From contig DAHXMB010000053.1 of assembly GCA_027365695.1 (NCBI GenBank), positions 1 to 31,932 of the forward strand: DNA of 31,932 bases. The letters run 5' to 3'. The stretch's first letter is position 1, and the number at the start of each line of letters is the position of its first letter. The notes under the pieces were generated by a model, which was given only the letters and a program-made list of their open reading frames with translations, was not told where the DNA came from and searched no databases. This DNA is from Candidatus Acididesulfobacter sp. (GTDB lineage: Bacteria; SZUA-79; Acidulodesulfobacterales; Acidulodesulfobacteraceae). The position numbers were made by a program, and so were the translations under genes. Positions 8,249 through 16,705 of the stretch are shown here, one piece after another.

Positions 8249-10303
8249 ATGATTAAATATATAATAATTATTTTCATAACTTTATTTATAAGTATAAAAG
8301 GAGCTTATTCCTACTCCTATTCGACTACTCCGTCTTCCGCCGCCAATCAAGCGGCTGGACAGATTAGCGGAGCTTACAATTCGGGGACGATTAACGGTTC
8401 GCTTATTAATCCGCTATTAAATTCCAATACTCCTATGACGACTTTAAACGGCAAGACGTCTTTTAACGCTCAAATATCCTGTCCGTCCGCCTCTAATTTA
8501 TTGCAATTAAACTTTTTTCCGATGAGCTCCGGCGATTTTGAACTGCTTATATCTCAAAATACTAATCCGGCTTCATCAAACAGTTTCAATTACACCGCTA
8601 CCGTTCCTTTAATATCCGGCGTATGCACGAACGGTTTTATAGCTTGCGACGCAGGAACGTGGGATAATTGCAAATATTACCAGTGGGGAACGAATTCAAA
8701 CGGCGGCATTATTTGGAATAACGTATCTACTTTAGAATCTTTAGGAACTTGTTTTTGCGTAAACAATTCCTGCGGAGGTCTTTTTAATTCCGACTTTAAA
8801 AATATCGCGGGCACGATAGGCGGCGGTCTATCGATGCTTGTAGCCGAAACGGATAATATTGCGATATCCAATGCTCAGTTTAATATGCAGGCTGGTTATC
8901 AACTTTCGTATTACGGTCAGTCCGCCGCAAACTGTCAAACGGAAAGCGGCTCAGGCGGTTACGTAAATCCCGAGCAGTTTTACAAAAATCCGTCGGCAAT
9001 GGGCAACGAAGAAACGAATATAATTAGTTCGCAAAGTTCCGATACGTCTTCGCCTTATTACTCTATTACGAACAGCGAATACCTTAAAAATAATCCGGTA
9101 ACGGAAAAAACCTGTAATATCGATACGTCGGTAACGATTAATACGACGACGAGCATGACGAACGCTTTTTGTCCTTCGGGTTCAAGCTGGGATTACGTAT
9201 CAGGGCATAACGGTTCGGCAATTATACTGCTAAACGGTTGTTTTGCAAATGCTCAATATAGCAGCGGTTCAGGTTCTACGTCTGCCAATCAATACGAACT
9301 TTCTTGCCCTACCGGTTATTCGTTAACCTCTCAGGATTTTGTTTCAAACGGCAGCACGGTATCTTTTCCGGACGGAGACGGATGGGGCGGGACTTGGACT
9401 ATAGACCCTTCTATATATACGTCCAACGCATGTCTCGAATATATTTATACTCCGCAGGTATCCCACGATAACGGCTGTTCCAATATCGCGAATAATACTA
9501 AATGCAAACTCGAAACCGAACAGGTTTGCGGCGCTTTAGGGCAAAACTGCGTTTATACGGTTCAAGATTATAATCCAACCGGCGTTACTCCTCAAAGTAT
9601 GTGTAAAACTATCAATAATGGAACGGTTTCTACTCCGAATTTCGGCTCTTCTACTCTGTATTACTGGAACGTTTGCGCTAACGGCGGCTCTATAACTTAT
9701 ACGTCAAACGATCCCGCCGATGCTTCGGGAACTCTTTTAACATCGTCTAATAATAACGATTATTGGATTATACATAGAACTTACACTTGCCAGTCTTCCG
9801 CTCCGAACAGTTATAACTATACCGATATGGAAAACAGGACGAATGAAGTTAATCAGTCTCTTACGGCTTCCGGCGGTTCAAGCTACACCGATACCGAATA
9901 CAATTCAAACGGAACGACTACCCAGATAAGCGGAATTTCAACCGATTATTCAAGCAATGCGGTAGCCGCGGGACTCGGTTCTACTCCCTGCGTATATTCC
10001 TGCGTCGTGGAAAATAACGCTTCAAATTCGCAAGCGTTGGATACCAACTCCGATACGACTAATACCGCCCTAAACGGAACGCAGGCTTCCAATACCGTAG
10101 CGAGCAAAACGATTTTAACTTGCACGCAAAATCAGGCTTTAAGCACGGGGACGGCTCCGAGCAATAATACTTGGGTATGCCCTGCAACAAGCGGAGAAAC
10201 TATAGTAAAAAACTGCCAATGTTTAGACGAAAGCAATTATACGATAGCGACCGTTTCCGTTTTGGGTCAAGCGGCTAATTCTATGATATGTTCGTCAAAT
10301 TAA
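8249..10303 (+). CDS. traN: Cys-rich exported protein, probable N-terminal half of a split TraN
   Basis: Signal peptide; many paired Cys; INPLL..TPMTTLNGKTSFNAQISCP and SGVCTNGFIAC; lies between traU and the TraN C-terminal gene. Confidence 0.6.
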   Translation: MIKYIIIIFITLFISIKGAYSYSYSTTPSSAANQAAGQISGAYNSGTINGSLINPLLNSNTPMTTLNGKTSFNAQISCPSASNLLQLNFFPMSSGDFELLISQNTNPASSNSFNYTATVPLISGVCTNGFIACDAGTWDNCKYYQWGTNSNGGIIWNNVSTLESLGTCFCVNNSCGGLFNSDFKNIAGTIGGGLSMLVAETDNIAISNAQFNMQAGYQLSYYGQSAANCQTESGSGGYVNPEQFYKNPSAMGNEETNIISSQSSDTSSPYYSITNSEYLKNNPVTEKTCNIDTSVTINTTTSMTNAFCPSGSSWDYVSGHNGSAIILLNGCFANAQYSSGSGSTSANQYELSCPTGYSLTSQDFVSNGSTVSFPDGDGWGGTWTIDPSIYTSNACLEYIYTPQVSHDNGCSNIANNTKCKLETEQVCGALGQNCVYTVQDYNPTGVTPQSMCKTINNGTVSTPNFGSSTLYYWNVCANGGSITYTSNDPADASGTLLTSSNNNDYWIIHRTYTCQSSAPNSYNYTDMENRTNEVNQSLTASGGSSYTDTEYNSNGTTTQISGISTDYSSNAVAAGLGSTPCVYSCVVENNASNSQALDTNSDTTNTALNGTQASNTVASKTILTCTQNQALSTGTAPSNNTWVCPATSGETIVKNCQCLDESNYTIATVSVLGQAANSMICSSN

Positions 10304-10312
10304 GAGGTAAAA

Positions 10313-12592
10313 ATGTTTAAAAAAATATTTTTGATAAGTTTTTTGATTTTATTATTTGCGTCGGTTAAAGCGAACGCCCAATATCTTTGCGGAGCGACGG
10401 GATATATCTACCGCAACCAAGGTTTTTGCAACGCCAACTGTTCGTTAAACGGAAATTCTTCTCCCTGCGAAGAATTATCTTCGAGTTCGACTCCCGCTCC
10501 GTCCTGTCCGTCCGGATATCAAGGTTTCGTGTTTGACCCAAATAACAATACCACTTACGCTATAACTACTACTTCGCAATTCTGGACGGCTTTCGATTCT
10601 CCCGCGAGTTCGTCGTCAATGGCTATTATACCTAATAGTTCGGTTAATTCGTTATTAAACTCGATTTTAATTTATTACGATATCCCAAATGCTTGGATAG
10701 GATTATATAATCCGGAGATGTCGACCGATTACAACACCGTAAATCCCGACAGACCTTACTCTTGGTCAGACGGTTCTACTCCGTCTTATTATAACTGGGC
10801 AAGCGGAGAGCCGAATAACGCCCTGCCCAGTCAGGATTTAAGTTTATTGCCGGAGTCCGAATACGGTCAGCACTGGGTAGAAATGGAACAAAACGGGACT
10901 TGGAACGATATCGGATATAATTATACTTATCCTTCGTCGCAAAATTACGCTCCTTATCTGCCGGCTTTAGTCCAGTTTAATAACCAGTTATCCTGCGTAA
11001 GCGGGGTAGAGCCGCCCACTCAACTTACGACCGGACAGGAAGGCAATCTTGCGAATCAATATTGTGGCGGCAATACATCTAACTGCTATTTATGTTCCGA
11101 CGGAACTAATTTAGAGCAGTGCCAAAGCGGAAATACTTATCCGTCCGGCACGGCTTATTTATGCCCCGCGGGACAAACGCAGTGCAATAAGAACGAAATC
11201 GGCGGAACTCCAAAGTGCCCTTCGGGATATACTTTACAAAATGGAGAATGCGTAAGCAACATCGCTCCATCTTGTCCGGGAGGATATACTTTTTCCAACG
11301 GCGAATGCATAGAAAAAACATCGCCGTCATGTCCGTCCGGATATACCGAAACAAACGGACAATGCCAACAGGGAAACGTCGGTGGAAGCGTCTGGAATAT
11401 ATGGGGACAGGAATTATTATACACGTCGGGCAACTGTATTAATGGAGATAATTTTTGGGTCGGCAATATCTGTTTTAACACTTCCAATAACACTTTCGGC
11501 GGAACTATAGCATACGACAGTTATTGGTTATATGCCAATATGTATAGCGGTTCGGGAAGCGGCATAACCGGAGACGGCGGCTATTGGGGCGTCGGCGGCT
11601 ATATAAGCTATAACTCTTCTAATAATACTTTTTCTGGAGTAATATCCGGCGGCGGCGTCACTGTAACCGGAAACGGAAATTGTCTTGATTTTAGCGGCTA
11701 TGGAGTGAGCGGTTCGAACCAAGTCTGTATGAGCCTTCACACTACGGCTATGTCTTGCCCGTCGGGTTACGCTTTGCAAAACGGCGAATGCGTGGGAACG
11801 GCTTCTCCGTATTGTTCACAGGCAGGCTATAGCTTAACCAACGCCGATAACACTTGCACGTCTACGATTACTCCGACTTATACCTGTCCATCGGGAACGG
11901 AACTCGTAGGCGATCAATGCATTTCTTATTCCTGTCCTTTAGGCAATAACGATACCTGCGTCAATACCGGTTCCGGCTATTACTGTTCTCAATATTCCTG
12001 CGTTAATTATAATAGCAGTTCGGCATATACAATTAATAATCCGCCTGTAAACGCCAATAACCCTACCAATAACGGTCAAACTAATTCCGCCGGAGAATGT
12101 TTGGGGCAAATTTATATTTTTTCAGGACAAGCTTTGCAATGCAGAGACCCGGGTATCCAGACCGGCTGGGGCGGCGGTTGTTGCACGGCGGATAAAAGAT
12201 GGTTCGGGCTTTCAAATTGCAACTCTCAGGAAAAATTACTTGCGGAACAAAGAGCCGCCGGAGACTGCACTATGGTAGGCACTTATTGCGCGCAGAGCTT
12301 TTTAGGATATTGCCTGCAAACAGACCAGACTTGGTGCTGTTTTCCGTCTTTGCTTGCAAATATTATCCAACAGCAGACGAGAGCAATGCAGGGATTGCCG
12401 ATATCCGGCTGGGGAACGCCGACGTCTCCCAACTGTATCGGTTATACTCCGCAACAGTTTCAGGCAATTAATTTTTCGAAGATTAATTTATCGGCTTTTT
12501 ATAACAGCATAGAGCAACAGACGTCGAGCGTAATAAGCAACGCCGCTACTAATGCGGTTAATAAATTTCAGCAGAGTTTGAGCGGGAATTGA
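10313..12592 (+). CDS. traN: TraN mating-pair stabilisation adhesin (C-terminal half) with C-type lectin domain and CPxGY repeats
   Basis: Own RBS (GAGGT) and signal peptide; TraN C-terminus CLGQIYIFSGQALQC...GTYC...WCCFPSLLANIIQQQ...GWG...PNCIGYTPQQFQAINFSKINLS. Confidence 0.9.
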   Translation: MFKKIFLISFLILLFASVKANAQYLCGATGYIYRNQGFCNANCSLNGNSSPCEELSSSSTPAPSCPSGYQGFVFDPNNNTTYAITTTSQFWTAFDSPASSSSMAIIPNSSVNSLLNSILIYYDIPNAWIGLYNPEMSTDYNTVNPDRPYSWSDGSTPSYYNWASGEPNNALPSQDLSLLPESEYGQHWVEMEQNGTWNDIGYNYTYPSSQNYAPYLPALVQFNNQLSCVSGVEPPTQLTTGQEGNLANQYCGGNTSNCYLCSDGTNLEQCQSGNTYPSGTAYLCPAGQTQCNKNEIGGTPKCPSGYTLQNGECVSNIAPSCPGGYTFSNGECIEKTSPSCPSGYTETNGQCQQGNVGGSVWNIWGQELLYTSGNCINGDNFWVGNICFNTSNNTFGGTIAYDSYWLYANMYSGSGSGITGDGGYWGVGGYISYNSSNNTFSGVISGGGVTVTGNGNCLDFSGYGVSGSNQVCMSLHTTAMSCPSGYALQNGECVGTASPYCSQAGYSLTNADNTCTSTITPTYTCPSGTELVGDQCISYSCPLGNNDTCVNTGSGYYCSQYSCVNYNSSSAYTINNPPVNANNPTNNGQTNSAGECLGQIYIFSGQALQCRDPGIQTGWGGGCCTADKRWFGLSNCNSQEKLLAEQRAAGDCTMVGTYCAQSFLGYCLQTDQTWCCFPSLLANIIQQQTRAMQGLPISGWGTPTSPNCIGYTPQQFQAINFSKINLSAFYNSIEQQTSSVISNAATNAVNKFQQSLSGN
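11216..11920 (+). repeat. Six degenerate CP(S/G)GY-x5-C repeats, three on each side of a ~130-aa insert in TraN
   Basis: CPSGYTLQNGEC, CPGGYTFSNGEC, CPSGYTETNGQC | insert | CPSGYALQNGEC, CSQAGYSLTNADNTC, CPSGTELVGDQC. Confidence 0.85.
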
Positions 12593-12619
12593 TAAAATAC
12601 ATAAAATAAGGAGAAAATT

Positions 12620-12841
12620 ATGTTATATTTTAAAAAGATTAAATCCGCAACTTTAAATTATTTAATAATAATCGCCGATAAGGTTTATTTTGCGTTAACT
12701 ATGATATTTATAGTATTAGGATTAATATTCTTTTTCGGCTTCACGACTAAATTCTTTATAGTGAATCCACATATTTTTAAAGCTGACAAAATCGCAAGAC
12801 ATAAAATTATCGTAATTCAAAAAAGTCTGCACAACAAATAA
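12620..12841 (+). CDS. 73-aa single-TM hypothetical protein
   Basis: AAGGAG RBS; one hydrophobic helix; last gene of the + operon. Confidence 0.7.
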   Translation: MLYFKKIKSATLNYLIIIADKVYFALTMIFIVLGLIFFFGFTTKFFIVNPHIFKADKIARHKIIVIQKSLHNK

Positions 12842-13276
12842 TTATTTATTCCGTCTTCTTGCTATTTCATCTTTATATTGAGCTTCCGTGTCCAAATAAG
12901 AGTTATATATTTTATTGATAATTATTTTGACAATTTTTAAATTATATGGCAGTAGCAAAACAAGCGAAATAATATAAAAATAAAAAGCGAGCATAACGCC
13001 CAAGTGAAAATGATGATGTTTTACAGTGCCGCTAATATATTGCCATTTCCCGCTATATTTTAGTTTTAATATTATATACTTTATCAATTCCAATTTAGCC
13101 CAAATTTTCCATTTGTAAAACCAGTCTAAAAATAAAATAGGTAGCCCAAAACTTAAAATGATAGAAATTATGTAAAGATAAAAACTTATTTTTCTTATTT
13201 TTCTTTTTAATCTTTCTCCAGGACCTATTGACGTTTCTTCGACTTTGATTTCTTCATTATTATTATAGGTATCCAT
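12842..13276 (-). CDS. 144-aa two-TM membrane protein
   Basis: AAGAGG RBS; two hydrophobic segments; stop codon abuts the stop of the preceding + gene. Confidence 0.75.
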   Translation of the reverse strand: MDTYNNNEEIKVEETSIGPGERLKRKIRKISFYLYIISIILSFGLPILFLDWFYKWKIWAKLELIKYIILKLKYSGKWQYISGTVKHHHFHLGVMLAFYFYIISLVLLLPYNLKIVKIIINKIYNSYLDTEAQYKDEIARRRNK

Positions 13277-13290
13277 AACTACCTCTTTTT

Positions 13291-14466
13291 TTAATTTTCG
13301 TTTCTATTTTTATCTATTTCCTTAATTATTTCCAAAGATTTTGTTATTGCAATTTTTAGATTATTATTTTTAATCTTTGAATCAATTTCCTGAATGTCTT
13401 TTTTTATCCTTTCATAATTTTTTAAAATATCGTCGTCTTTTAAATTATAATGATCCATAATGCAAAATAGACATTGATAGCCTATTGCTATTATGTATAT
13501 AGGAGATTCTATAAAAGCTTTAAATTTAAATAAATGCTGCTCAGGGGTTTGATTAAAAAATATGGTAATTATATAAGATTCAATAAACTTTAGCAAAACT
13601 TCTTTGCTTGCTGGGTTAGAGTCAATATATGATTCGATATGCTCATTGCTTATATTGTCTAAGTTAGACGAATCACCTCGTTTCTGCATATCTAGGATAT
13701 GTCTATAAATTTCTAATAAATTTATGGTAATTCCCTTTCTGTCTTCGTTTAAAATAGAAAAATAATTATAATATTTTTCAAGATAATAAAAACAGGGATT
13801 TTTGATTAAATAAAGAAATTCTGGATTATATTCCGGGGTATCAATAATTATTGACGGGAGTAACCGAAGATTATTGAAAATTTTTAAAATTTTTTCATAA
13901 TTCAACGGATACTCTTGTTTTTCATAAAAAATCAAATCTTGGCTTATTCTTTCCAAATGCTCTATATGAATTTTAACTCTATTAAAGAAATGCTTTGCCG
14001 CATTAATTTCCTTGGAAGTCTCTTTTTCTTTATTATCTTTTAGTTCGTGAGCTATGGCTATAGTCATTCCTATAGTGCCGATAGCTATAAAGCCGCTAAA
14101 AGCAAGACCAAAATATTTTAAAATTATATATTGGAATTCTATTTTGTAACTAAAAATAAGGATAATTGCAATAATTAAAAATAAAAAAGAAAATAAAAAA
14201 ATTGCAATTAAAAACACGCTGATAACTATTTTAAATTGGGGTGTATCTATATCATTTAGGTTAAAATTTTCGATATAATTTTTCGGAGTATAAAAAAAAT
14301 TAATTATTCTTTTTATTTTTTTATTTTTTTCGGAGACTTTTTTATTAAAAAAACGAAGCAAAAAAATTGATAGAAACGCCAAGATAATAGCTGAAGCAAA
14401 TATTACTTCAAATAGTTCTATATGAAAAAATTTAAACAACGTTAAAACTTTATATTGATTTTTCAT
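13291..14466 (-). CDS. 391-aa hypothetical protein, about three N-terminal TM helices plus a soluble domain
   Basis: Long ORF in very AT-rich DNA; start overlaps the stop of the upstream gene. Confidence 0.75.
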   Translation of the reverse strand: MKNQYKVLTLFKFFHIELFEVIFASAIILAFLSIFLLRFFNKKVSEKNKKIKRIINFFYTPKNYIENFNLNDIDTPQFKIVISVFLIAIFLFSFLFLIIAIILIFSYKIEFQYIILKYFGLAFSGFIAIGTIGMTIAIAHELKDNKEKETSKEINAAKHFFNRVKIHIEHLERISQDLIFYEKQEYPLNYEKILKIFNNLRLLPSIIIDTPEYNPEFLYLIKNPCFYYLEKYYNYFSILNEDRKGITINLLEIYRHILDMQKRGDSSNLDNISNEHIESYIDSNPASKEVLLKFIESYIITIFFNQTPEQHLFKFKAFIESPIYIIAIGYQCLFCIMDHYNLKDDDILKNYERIKKDIQEIDSKIKNNNLKIAITKSLEIIKEIDKNRNEN

Positions 14467-14990
14467 AATATTTTTTTAAGAAACTCTACAATCTTATTTT
14501 TTGATGTCGCAGAAGTTATTTTTTTGGGATTAAAAATCATATATACTCCGTTGTTAGAATTTTGTGAATTTATATATCGCATAAAACCTTTAGGTGGGGG
14601 TGGTAAGGGACTCGAAAGTTTAACCGCTTCAATGGATTGTGAATCGAAATAACCGTTACCGGAAGATCTAATTAATCTTACATCGTAAATTCTCCCACGC
14701 GGCGATATTTGAAAGGCTACTATTGATTTATAATTTAAAGAGCTGTTGGAAACAGTAAAATTAGAACTTATTATAGTAGCTATTTTATTTGCATAATTTT
14801 GTTCGGATATTTGTTTATAATCATTATTAAAGTTTATTCCGTTATTTAAATCTTTATAAACTTTTGGATTTAAAGGTTTATTAGAAGGCTTGGAATTTTG
14901 CTGTTCTATTCCGAAAGCCGTTGTTGCGTTAACGACAAAAACGACCGTTATAATTATAAATAAAACTTTTAACGAAATATTCTTAAACAT
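14463..14990 (-). CDS. Exported protein with a TonB/TolA C-terminal domain
   Basis: VAFQISPRGRIYDVRLIRSSGNGYFDSQSIEAVKLSSPLPPPP; N-terminal hydrophobic signal; GGAG RBS. Confidence 0.8.
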   Translation of the reverse strand: MFKNISLKVLFIIITVVFVVNATTAFGIEQQNSKPSNKPLNPKVYKDLNNGINFNNDYKQISEQNYANKIATIISSNFTVSNSSLNYKSIVAFQISPRGRIYDVRLIRSSGNGYFDSQSIEAVKLSSPLPPPPKGFMRYINSQNSNNGVYMIFNPKKITSATSKNKIVEFLKKIL

Positions 14991-15031
14991 ATTTAAGTCT
15001 CCATAAAATTTAATTTTTCATATTTTTTAAA

Positions 15032-15060
15032 ATTCTATCATAAATTAATCGTTTTGCCAA
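15032..15060 (-). promoter_or_regulatory. Sigma70-type promoter TTGGCA-N17-TAGAAT with extended -10
   Basis: Read directly; about 40 nt upstream of the 14990 start; TG precedes the -10. Confidence 0.6.
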
Positions 15061-15066
15061 AAAAAA

Positions 15067-15099
15067 TTACTTCCTACTATGTATTATTTTAGGAAGTAA
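15067..15099. repeat. Inverted repeat TTACTTCCTA-N13-TAGGAAGTAA (operator or recombination site)
   Basis: Perfect 10-bp arms between divergent promoters. Confidence 0.8.
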
Positions 15100-15146
15100 A
15101 CCTACCATTCCGAATAAAAAAATAATAAAAATTTACTATTTTTATA

Positions 15147-15175
15147 TTGATTTTTAGCTCAAAAATTCCTATAAT
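15147..15175 (+). promoter_or_regulatory. Sigma70-type promoter TTGATT-N17-TATAAT for the rnhA-recombinase operon
   Basis: Read directly; canonical spacing. Confidence 0.6.
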
Positions 15176-15212
15176 AGTATTTAAGGAAGCTAAAAATTTA
15201 TTCAACAATTTT

Positions 15213-15221
15213 TGTGGATAA
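15213..15221 (-). promoter_or_regulatory. Consensus DnaA box (TTATCCACA)
   Basis: TGTGGATAA on + strand in an AT-rich intergenic region; single perfect copy, function unproven. Confidence 0.35.
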
Positions 15222-15320
15222 CTTTTCTAAGACCCAGATAATCAAAATTCTATATTTTAAAAATTTCGTTAGCTTAATCAAATTGCGTAATTTTTAATCA
15301 CGTAAAAATCAATAAAATTT

Positions 15321-15755
15321 ATGGACGACAAAACTCAAATAAATATCTACACCGACGGAGCATGTTCCGGAAATCCGGGTCCGGGAGCATACGCCGCTAT
15401 ACTGCTATATAAAGATAAAGAAAAAGTAATATCCGGCTTTAAAGAGCAAACGACAAATCAAGAAATGGAAATATCGGCCGTCCTAAACGCCCTGAAAGCT
15501 ATTAAGAATAAAAATATAAGCATAAATCTTTATTCCGATTCCAAATACGCGTTGGACGGTATGTCCGACTGGATGCACGGCTGGGCTAAAAAGCAATGGA
15601 AAAAAGAAATTAAGCATAAAAATATTTGGCAGGAAATTTATAATCTTTATAACGCTTTAAAAATTAACTGCGTCTGGGTTAAAGGACACTCTGATAATTT
15701 ATACAACGAAAGATGCGATAAAATAGCGCGGAGCTTAATTAAAGAAAATAGGTAA
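15321..15755 (+). CDS. rnhA: Ribonuclease HI
   Basis: YTDGACSGNPGPG, TNQEME, YSDSKY, WVKGHS..YNERCD; acidic catalytic residues present. Confidence 0.95.
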   Translation: MDDKTQINIYTDGACSGNPGPGAYAAILLYKDKEKVISGFKEQTTNQEMEISAVLNALKAIKNKNISINLYSDSKYALDGMSDWMHGWAKKQWKKEIKHKNIWQEIYNLYNALKINCVWVKGHSDNLYNERCDKIARSLIKENR

Positions 15756-15766
15756 ATCTTAATCTT

Positions 15767-16444
15767 ATGGACAATAATCAAATAGTAATCTATGCCGAAA
15801 CGCCTATTACCAAGAACGGCAAGAAAACAGAACTCGTAGAAACCGATTTAAAGACTAATAATTATTACGAAAACGACAATATCGTTTTCTTTACCGCTTC
15901 GCAGATTAAAACTTTAACGGACGGCATAGATAACCCTTTCCATAAGCTCGTTATTCTTTTGTTATACGAAACCGGAGCAAGAATCGAAGAAGCAAGGACC
16001 TTAAAATTTAGCGATATAGACATCGGCAATGGACGGGTTAAAGTATTGACGTTAAAACAGCGGAAAAAAAATAAAATTTACCGCTATTTAAAAATATCCG
16101 ATAAATTATTGTCGTTAATTTTAAATCATAGGGTTACCGCTAAACTTACCGACGAGGATTTTATTTTATCCCAACGGCAAGGCAAACCCGCCATCACGAG
16201 AAAAGGAATAAGCCTTATGTTTAAATCTTACGTCGTTAAATTATTAGGTCAAAGCAATTTAGACAAAGCCCATCCACACGCCTTAAGGCATACGAGAGCC
16301 GTTCATTTGCTTGATAGCGGTATGAATATAATGCTGTTGAAAAACTTTTTGGGACACGCAAGCATATCGAACACGCTAATCTATCTTAAATACAGCAATA
16401 AGGACATGGCGGAAGCGATAAGCAGGGCGAATAACGGATTGTAA
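15767..16444 (+). CDS. Tyrosine recombinase, catalytic domain only (resolvase/invertase size)
   Basis: ETGARIEE, HPHALRH, LGHASISNTLIY (R-H-R-H-Y); 225 aa with no N-terminal core-binding domain. Confidence 0.92.
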   Translation: MDNNQIVIYAETPITKNGKKTELVETDLKTNNYYENDNIVFFTASQIKTLTDGIDNPFHKLVILLLYETGARIEEARTLKFSDIDIGNGRVKVLTLKQRKKNKIYRYLKISDKLLSLILNHRVTAKLTDEDFILSQRQGKPAITRKGISLMFKSYVVKLLGQSNLDKAHPHALRHTRAVHLLDSGMNIMLLKNFLGHASISNTLIYLKYSNKDMAEAISRANNGL

Positions 16445-16447
16445 ATT

Positions 16448-16705
16448 ATGCTGCATAAAATATTATTTCAAATATTAAACTATTCGGGCTTATCGGCTAC
16501 TCTATTGGCCGTCTGGTTTTTTTCGTCGCATAAATATAAAATAGGATTTGCGGTCTCAATATTAAGTTGCATCTTGTGGATAGCGATAGCGTATATAGAT
16601 AACGTATGGAGCCTTTTAATTCTAAACGCTATATTGCTGATATTGGATATAAGAGGATATTTCAAAAAAGATAGTCAGAAAATAAAACAAACAGAGGCAA
16701 ATTAA
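16448..16705 (+). CDS. 85-aa three-TM protein (PnuC-like half-transporter fold suspected)
   Basis: Three hydrophobic helices; stop adjoins the start of the next gene. Confidence 0.55.
   Translation: MLHKILFQILNYSGLSATLLAVWFFSSHKYKIGFAVSILSCILWIAIAYIDNVWSLLILNAILLILDIRGYFKKDSQKIKQTEAN

Noticed and set aside
10313-12592. Diversity-generating retroelement targeting the lectin domain
   Set aside because: No reverse transcriptase and no TR/VR pair differing at adenines seen in the window; the domain has animal-type EPN/WND motifs and is not C-terminal.
15321-15755. RNase H as part of a retron or RT defence system
   Set aside because: No reverse transcriptase or msr-msd-like structure nearby.
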